A stretch of DNA of 64,000 nucleotides from Candidatus Poribacteria bacterium. Its GTDB lineage: Bacteria > Poribacteria > WGA-4E > PCPOR2b. A program made the translations under genes and the position numbers. Shown here piece after piece: positions 58,405 through 64,000 of this stretch. The stretch spans positions 3,424,001 through 3,488,000 of the forward strand of contig OZ240245.1 of assembly GCA_965198175.1 (NCBI GenBank), in the 5' to 3' direction. The notes beneath the pieces were generated by a model. That model made no database searches and was not told where the DNA came from. It worked only from the letters and a program-made list of their open reading frames with translations. Numbering within the stretch: the stretch's first letter is position 1; each line of letters opens with the position of its first letter.

Positions 58405-58848
58405 TTATTCAACACTGATTTGAATCTCTTTCGGTTTGGTCTGCTCTGCCTTCGGGATTGACAGCGTCAATACACCATCTTTGAACGACGCCTTCGCCTG
58501 CTCTGTCCGAAGGCTCTTAGGTAGAGTGAAAGAACGGTTGAAACGACCATAAGCCCGTTCAACGCGATGAACAGTTTCATCCTTCACTTCGCTTTCCTGC
58601 TTTTTCTCTCCCTGGAGTGTGAGAACGTTTTCAGTGACAGCAACGCTCACATCTTCTTTGGAGAGTCCAGGCACTTCAGCCCGAAATTCAACGTGATCGC
58701 CGGTCTCTGAAATATCCACCGGCGGACTCCAATCCCAATCGCCGGTCTCAGGGCGCAAGAATGCAGGTCCTCCTCCAAAGAAGTCGTCAAAGATTCTGTC
58801 CATCCGATTGTAGATGCTAGAGAGATTTCTCCGCGTAAGGTTTGTCAT
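58405..58848 (-). CDS. Small heat-shock protein, Hsp20/alpha-crystallin family
   Basis: WSPPVDI-E, AEVPG, ER-YG-F-RSF-LP, A-FKDGVL, C-terminal I-I-V. Confidence 0.95.
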   Translation of the reverse strand: MTNLTRRNLSSIYNRMDRIFDDFFGGGPAFLRPETGDWDWSPPVDISETGDHVEFRAEVPGLSKEDVSVAVTENVLTLQGEKKQESEVKDETVHRVERAYGRFNRSFTLPKSLRTEQAKASFKDGVLTLSIPKAEQTKPKEIQISVE

Positions 58849-58935
58849 TTTGTGTTCCTCCTATCCAATGTTGTGTAATTCGGTTTTGGTTTTTCACTTT
58901 TTCTGATGCCATTTTCATCAGACGATTTAGCGTTA

Positions 58936-58952
58936 CGCAAGTTGCATGCCAA
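58936..58952 (-). promoter_or_regulatory. Sigma-54 (-24/-12) promoter of hsp20
   Basis: TTGGCAT-GCAAC-TTGC on the minus strand with exact GG-N10-GC spacing. Confidence 0.75.
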
Positions 58953-59211
58953 AACCTAATGTTATTCACAAAATGGATGGGGAAATTATCTAAATACCAG
59001 TAATAATGCGCTCTAATGACCCATAGTCAGTTGCACAAGCGGTTCCTAACTTTAACTTCCGCCAATTCTCCTGCACCATCGGGCTGCCAATATGACAAAC
59101 CACAATTGTCTTTCAATGGGCATATGCCATTATGGCAAAATATTTCTGGGAATCACGTTTCTTGCGAATCATTTTCGACTTCAAAGATACGAAATTGTGA
59201 GCGTGAATTGC

Positions 59212-60099
59212 TCAACAGTCCCCCTTTCCTAACCAACCTGCTTTTTGCGAAAAATGAGCCGTTCCATCCAGCAGGGTCTGAATTTCGTAGATTGAACCCG
59301 TGCGCGATGCTTGCGGAAGGGGAATACGAACAGGAACGGCGGTCATGCGCTGTTGGTTTGTCGGATCGCCTCGTAAGACAAGCGCGGCGAAATTACTCCA
59401 ATCAGGCGGATTTATCAGCGGCCAGGCATCAACTGCGCAATATTGAAGGAGCAATAAACGGCGGAGTTTGCTAGAAGAGTTGAGCGCGGAACCATGCAAG
59501 GTGCGGACATGATGAATCGATATGCCGCCGGATTTGACTTCGACGGGTACAGCGTTATCTGGCTTGAAATTAGGGTCTGTAACTGCCCCAATGAAGGCAC
59601 CGTTCTGATGATGGTTGAAGATGGGGCCCTTGTGGGAGCTTGGGATGACCATCAGGCAGCCGTTTTCGAGCGACATGTCGTCAATTGCTACACCGACCGC
59701 TAACAGGTCGTCGTTCGTGTGAGGATAGAACGCCCAATCCTGATGCCATTCGACAGGACTCCCGAATTTCGGATATTTCATGTTGAGCTTGTGACCGTTG
59801 TGACTTACACCGGGACCAATCAATTGTTCGACAATGTCGAGAATGTCCTCGTGACGCAGCATCCGGTCATAAACCGGATGATGGATAGCAGCATTCTTAA
59901 TACGACGGACACGCGGCGCTTCTGAGGTGTGTAACGGTTCGAGGTCAAACACATCGTTATGTTCAGTGACCTCACGAGATTTTTCAACAAATTCGTCCGT
60001 AACGCGGCGGAGGTTGGCGATTTCCTCCACCGAAAGGACATTTTCAACGCCGATATAGCCGTTTAAATGATAGAAGTCAATCTGCCCTTGAGTCAACAT
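59212..60099 (-). CDS. Phytanoyl-CoA dioxygenase (PhyH) family protein
   Basis: WHQD, NGCL-VIP-SH, HGS--N-S---RR; start 60099 with AAGGAGG RBS. Confidence 0.92.
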   Translation of the reverse strand: MLTQGQIDFYHLNGYIGVENVLSVEEIANLRRVTDEFVEKSREVTEHNDVFDLEPLHTSEAPRVRRIKNAAIHHPVYDRMLRHEDILDIVEQLIGPGVSHNGHKLNMKYPKFGSPVEWHQDWAFYPHTNDDLLAVGVAIDDMSLENGCLMVIPSSHKGPIFNHHQNGAFIGAVTDPNFKPDNAVPVEVKSGGISIHHVRTLHGSALNSSSKLRRLLLLQYCAVDAWPLINPPDWSNFAALVLRGDPTNQQRMTAVPVRIPLPQASRTGSIYEIQTLLDGTAHFSQKAGWLGKGDC

Positions 60100-60253
60100 G
60101 TATCTCGCCTCCTTATATAGAGTCTCATAATGAAGACCTGCGCACTTCCGCTTGTCGTCCTCCGGACAAACCGAAAGACCGATGACGAAGATTCGCCTCT
60201 TTACGAAGGGCGTGCAGTGCATAGCCCTGCGCACCCATCAGATTTAACCTGAT

Positions 60254-60281
60254 ATTATACGGATTCAGAAGCCGATGTCAA
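60254..60281 (-). promoter_or_regulatory. Sigma-70 promoter for the PhyH gene
   Basis: TTGACA-N16-TATAAT on the minus strand. Confidence 0.65.
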
Positions 60282-60392
60282 CAAAAACGCTCGCTGGTAA
60301 TTTTTCTTGACAATAGTCGGAATTTGCGTAAAATATCGAAATGCTTCGATTCATACCGCACTTCACTACAAGATATCAAGGCTTGTTTGTGC

Positions 60393-60421
60393 TTGACAGC
60401 GTCCGTAATGAGTGCTATACT
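60393..60421 (+). promoter_or_regulatory. Sigma-70 promoter for the Ycf48-like/aminotransferase/thrB genes
   Basis: TTGACA-N17-TATACT. Confidence 0.65.
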
Positions 60422-60452
60422 ACGGAAAATTCTGAAAGGAGTCAATTAAACA

Positions 60453-61490
60453 ATGTACAAGAAGAGAGCGATTCTGACAGCGCTTTTACTCGCAGCCGTA
60501 TGCATGACAAACATGGTTTATGCCGGGGGAAAATGGTTTGCTCTGCAGGAACAGGACAATGAAGAAATTCGAGATTATAACGCGATTACTTTTGTGAGTT
60601 CAAGAGAAGGTTGGGTCGTAGGTGTTGCAGCTTTAGAAATGGAAAGTCCAGGATATATAGGTCATACGAGAAACGGCGGTAATACGTGGGAAAAAGCGGA
60701 AATTGCTGTCAATCAGATCCTCTCGAATGTCTTTTTCTTTGATAAGAATAACGGTTGGGCTGTCGGGGAGAAAGGGATGATTGTTGGGACATCAAATGGC
60801 GGCAAACAGTGGGATATCCAAACCAGTAAGGTCGACAACTCGCTGTATGATGTCCACTTCGTAAACGAAAAGACCGGTTTCGCGGTTGGCATGGGAGAAA
60901 CCATCCTCCAAACAACAAACGGGGGCAAAATATGGAAAATCCTACAAGGCGGTGTGCTTCCCGCCCGAATTGGCGAGGAGTCGGAAGGTTTGTTCAACTG
61001 CGTGCACTTCATTGATGATTCTACCGGTTGGGTCGCGGGCGTTTTTGTGAATCCACAAGAGGGCAGTCAAAATGGCATTATCAAGAAAACCACCGATGGC
61101 GGGAAAACGTGGGCAGATCAGTCCACAAACGTCGAAGATACTCTGAAAGATGTCTTCTTTATAGATGCTTCAACTGGATGGGCAGTCGGTGAGGGTGGTG
61201 TTGTGTTGCACACCACGAACGGTGGGGATAGATGGAAACTACAATCGAGTGACACGCAGGAAACGCTCTCTAGCGTGCAGTTTGTCGACAAGAAGGTGGG
61301 ATGGGCAGTTGGCGGTGATATGGGAATCAATATCATTATTCATACAACCGACGGTGGAAAAACGTGGGAAAACCAGAGCATAGAGGGTACCATCATTAGT
61401 AAAGTACCAGTCAATGACCTCTTTATTCTGGATGTGAACCACATTTGGATTACCGGCAACAACGGTTTCGTAATGAAATATTCTGATTAG
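60453..61490 (+). CDS. Ycf48/BNR-repeat beta-propeller protein, exported
   Basis: Repeated V-F-D---GWAVG--G----T-DGGKTW units; signal peptide. Confidence 0.88.
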   Translation: MYKKRAILTALLLAAVCMTNMVYAGGKWFALQEQDNEEIRDYNAITFVSSREGWVVGVAALEMESPGYIGHTRNGGNTWEKAEIAVNQILSNVFFFDKNNGWAVGEKGMIVGTSNGGKQWDIQTSKVDNSLYDVHFVNEKTGFAVGMGETILQTTNGGKIWKILQGGVLPARIGEESEGLFNCVHFIDDSTGWVAGVFVNPQEGSQNGIIKKTTDGGKTWADQSTNVEDTLKDVFFIDASTGWAVGEGGVVLHTTNGGDRWKLQSSDTQETLSSVQFVDKKVGWAVGGDMGINIIIHTTDGGKTWENQSIEGTIISKVPVNDLFILDVNHIWITGNNGFVMKYSD

Positions 61491-61533
61491 TCGTGGTAGG
61501 TCTATTGGCTCGATTTGATGAAAGGCAATCTGA

Positions 61534-62700
61534 ATGAGATTTGCGCGGCGAATGGGTCGTTTAGGGACTGAGTCCGCCTTCGAAGTACTGGCAAAAGCGA
61601 AAGGCTTAGAAGCACAAGGTCGAAACATTATACATCTCGAAATCGGCCAGCCGGATTTCAAAACCCCGATGAACATTTGCGAAGCGGGGTTCAAGGCGAT
61701 GAGCGATGGATATACCGGATATGGCCCATCCGCTGGACTCCTCGAATTTCGTGAAGTGGTTGCTGAACATGTCTCAGAAACCAGGGGAGTTCATGTCCAT
61801 CCAGACGAAGTGACAGTCACGCCCGGCGCTAAACCTATTATCTTTTTCACCATTATTGCGCTCGCCGATGAAGGGAGTGAAGTCATCTATCCCGATCCTG
61901 GATTCCCAGTTTATGAATCCGTCATCAACTTTGTTGGGAGCAAAGCAGTTCCACTGCCTTTGCGCGAAGAAGTTGACTTCCGCTTCCGAATTGATGATCT
62001 TGTTTCGGCTATCTCAGATCGGACACGGCTTTTGATTATCAATTCTCCTCAGAATCCGACGGGCGGTATTTTGGAAAAATCGGATTTAGAAGCAATTGCG
62101 GAACTCGCGATTAAGCACGATTTTTATGTGTTATCGGATGAGATCTATTCACGTGTTCTTTATGAAGGTGCTCATGAAAGTGTCGTCAACCTGCCTGGGA
62201 TGAAGGAGCGAACGATTCTAATTGAAGGTCATTCCAAAACCTATGCGATGACCGGCTGGCGTTTGGGCTACGGGATAGCCCCTAAACCCATGGCGGATAA
62301 AATCACTCAGCTGATGATTAACTCCAATTCATGTACCTGTTCGTTTACGCAGATTGCTGGAATTGAAGCCTTGAAGGGGCCACAAGATTTCGTCCTTCAA
62401 ATGGTAGCCGAGTTCAGAAGACGACGTGATGTAATTGTTCAAGGGCTGAATGCCATTGATGGTATCAGTTGTATCATGCCGCTTGGCGCCTTTTACGTAT
62501 TGGCGAATGTGACGGAACTGCCCCTCTCTTCCGAAGCGTTAGAGGACTACCTACTTGAGGAAGCGGGCGTTGCCGTATTGTCTGGCACCGGGTTTGGTAA
62601 ATTTGGTGATGGATATATAAGACTGTCGTATGCAAATTCTTTGGAAAATATCCGCGAAGCTTTAGCCCGCATGGATGCAGCAATTTCAAGAATCAGGTAA
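61534..62700 (+). CDS. PLP-dependent aminotransferase class I/II (aspartate aminotransferase-like)
   Basis: GQPDF, NSPQNPTG, SDEIY, SKTYAMTGWRLG, RLSYA. Confidence 0.93.
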   Translation: MRFARRMGRLGTESAFEVLAKAKGLEAQGRNIIHLEIGQPDFKTPMNICEAGFKAMSDGYTGYGPSAGLLEFREVVAEHVSETRGVHVHPDEVTVTPGAKPIIFFTIIALADEGSEVIYPDPGFPVYESVINFVGSKAVPLPLREEVDFRFRIDDLVSAISDRTRLLIINSPQNPTGGILEKSDLEAIAELAIKHDFYVLSDEIYSRVLYEGAHESVVNLPGMKERTILIEGHSKTYAMTGWRLGYGIAPKPMADKITQLMINSNSCTCSFTQIAGIEALKGPQDFVLQMVAEFRRRRDVIVQGLNAIDGISCIMPLGAFYVLANVTELPLSSEALEDYLLEEAGVAVLSGTGFGKFGDGYIRLSYANSLENIREALARMDAAISRIR

Positions 62701-62704
62701 ATTT

Positions 62705-63637
62705 ATGCCGCGCAAAGCAATCGCACGTATCCCCGCAAGCACAACGAATTTGGGGCCCGGTTTTGATGTGCTCGGATTGGCTCTCCAACTTTATAGCACG
62801 GTTGAATTAGAAGAGATTGACACCGGCATAGAAATTCTCGTCCGCGGGATAGATTCGGAATTTATCACAAAGGGTGTCAATAATATCGCATATAGCGCCG
62901 CCAACTTGGTTTTCGAGCGAGCTGGCTATGAACCCAAAGGACTCAGATTGAGTCTAGTGAATGGCATCCCAGCGATTCGAGGGTTGGGCGGCAGCGGTAC
63001 GGCAATCCTCGGAGGTTTGTTGACCGCTAATGCGCTTTGCGATGAACCATTTTCGCGCACTGAATTGCTCGATTTTGCGACTGAACTTGAGGGTCATCCG
63101 GATAATGTTGCGGCTTCCCTACTCGGAGGGTTAGTAGTATCCCTTCCTCACGATGGATGCGTACACACAATTAAATTGGATTGTCAACCGAACCTTTGTG
63201 TCACTGTAGCCATTCCGATTTTTCAACTGTCGACAAAACAGGCGCGCAGCGTGCTGCCTCAAACGGTTAAATTCAGCGACGCCATCTACAACATTAGCCG
63301 TAGCTCGTTACTGGTCGCCGCAATCGCAACTGGAAAGCTAGATATGTTATCGCTGGCAATGCATGACCGGTTGCATCAACCTTATCGAACTTCGCTGATA
63401 CCAGGATTTGATGATGTTGCAGAAGCTGCGATGAATGCGGGCGCGTTAAGCGTTGCACTTAGCGGTGCGGGTCCAAGTATTGCCGCTTATTGTACAACGG
63501 CAGAACAAGAAATCGCTAATCAGATGCATCAAGCATTTGCAAAGAACGATGTCTCGTGCATTGTTAAAGTTTTATCAATTGATTCTATCGGCGCAACCGT
63601 GCAAATAGGAGAACAAACAAATTCGTGCGGAAAATAG
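62705..63637 (+). CDS. thrB: Homoserine kinase
   Basis: PASTTNLGPGFD, RGLGGSG, EGHPDNVA, DRLHQPYR, SGAGPS. Confidence 0.95.
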   Translation: MPRKAIARIPASTTNLGPGFDVLGLALQLYSTVELEEIDTGIEILVRGIDSEFITKGVNNIAYSAANLVFERAGYEPKGLRLSLVNGIPAIRGLGGSGTAILGGLLTANALCDEPFSRTELLDFATELEGHPDNVAASLLGGLVVSLPHDGCVHTIKLDCQPNLCVTVAIPIFQLSTKQARSVLPQTVKFSDAIYNISRSSLLVAAIATGKLDMLSLAMHDRLHQPYRTSLIPGFDDVAEAAMNAGALSVALSGAGPSIAAYCTTAEQEIANQMHQAFAKNDVSCIVKVLSIDSIGATVQIGEQTNSCGK

Positions 63638-63792
63638 GAATTTGAGATGAGGCAATTCGGGCATTTTTCTTCATTTAATTCCCCTTGCGCTTTGGATTCG
63701 TTGCTGATTTCGATACACGATGTCACCGTATCCGACTGACAGATTTGTCTGCCTCTCTGTACACTACTCCGTCCGAAATCTCTTCTCAAAAT

Positions 63793-64000
63793 ATGAACAT
63801 TTCAAATTGGTACACCCAGAAGATTCCATATATTCTGCATGAGTTTAATACCGATCTTGAGCGTGGGTTAAGTGCTGATGCAGCCGATGCACGGCTACGT
63901 GAATACGGCGACAACGAGATTCAACCATCTCATGAACGACCTATCATCTCTTTCTTCGCAAAGCAATTTTCCAGCATTACTGTTGTTCTACTACTTATCA
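63793..64000 (+). CDS. Cation-transporting P-type ATPase, N-terminal part (truncated by the window)
   Basis: TD-ERGLS---A-ARL-EYG-NEI...F-KQF Cation_ATPase_N pattern. Confidence 0.85.
   Translation, partial: MNISNWYTQKIPYILHEFNTDLERGLSADAADARLREYGDNEIQPSHERPIISFFAKQFSSITVVLLLI

Noticed and set aside
58227..58415. Longer 562-aa DegP start overlapping hsp20
   Set aside because: It crosses the terminator; the ATG at 58226 has a strong RBS and gives a proper N-terminal membrane anchor.
60453..61490. Photosystem II assembly function
   Set aside because: Ycf48-like repeats are a generic beta-propeller and no photosynthesis genes are nearby.

Overview
Bacterial chromosomal segment. Its gene content points to Candidatus Poribacteria or a similar repeat-rich organism (inference): EutN microcompartment vertex gene, two PhyH dioxygenases, LamG domains, a dockerin protein with a 'YPNPFNP' C-terminal domain, and very dense REP-like repeats. 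The right half (~41-64 kb) is mostly housekeeping: nnr, comEC, priA, mrp, degP, hsp20 with a sigma-54 promoter, an aminotransferase, thrB and a P-type ATPase start. The left half is accessory. It holds (i) tandem membrane proteins with a circularly permuted LamG insert; (ii) a catalytically dead long prokaryotic Argonaute translationally coupled to a SIR2 protein, beside a collapsed type III R-M remnant; (iii) an intact IS3 element; (iv) a defence island of two paralogous DUF3696 ABC-ATPases, a PIN nuclease and type I R-M genes in hsdS-hsdR-hsdM order; (v) a DUF559 endonuclease gene between 108-bp direct repeats, inside arrays of hairpin-plus-mirror repeats that could form intrastrand triplexes. 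The best candidates for new biology are the DUF559/triplex-repeat association, the dual-ATPase/PIN module coupled to R-M, and the pAgo-SIR2 pair. All family calls come from motif recognition by eye; no database searches were run.
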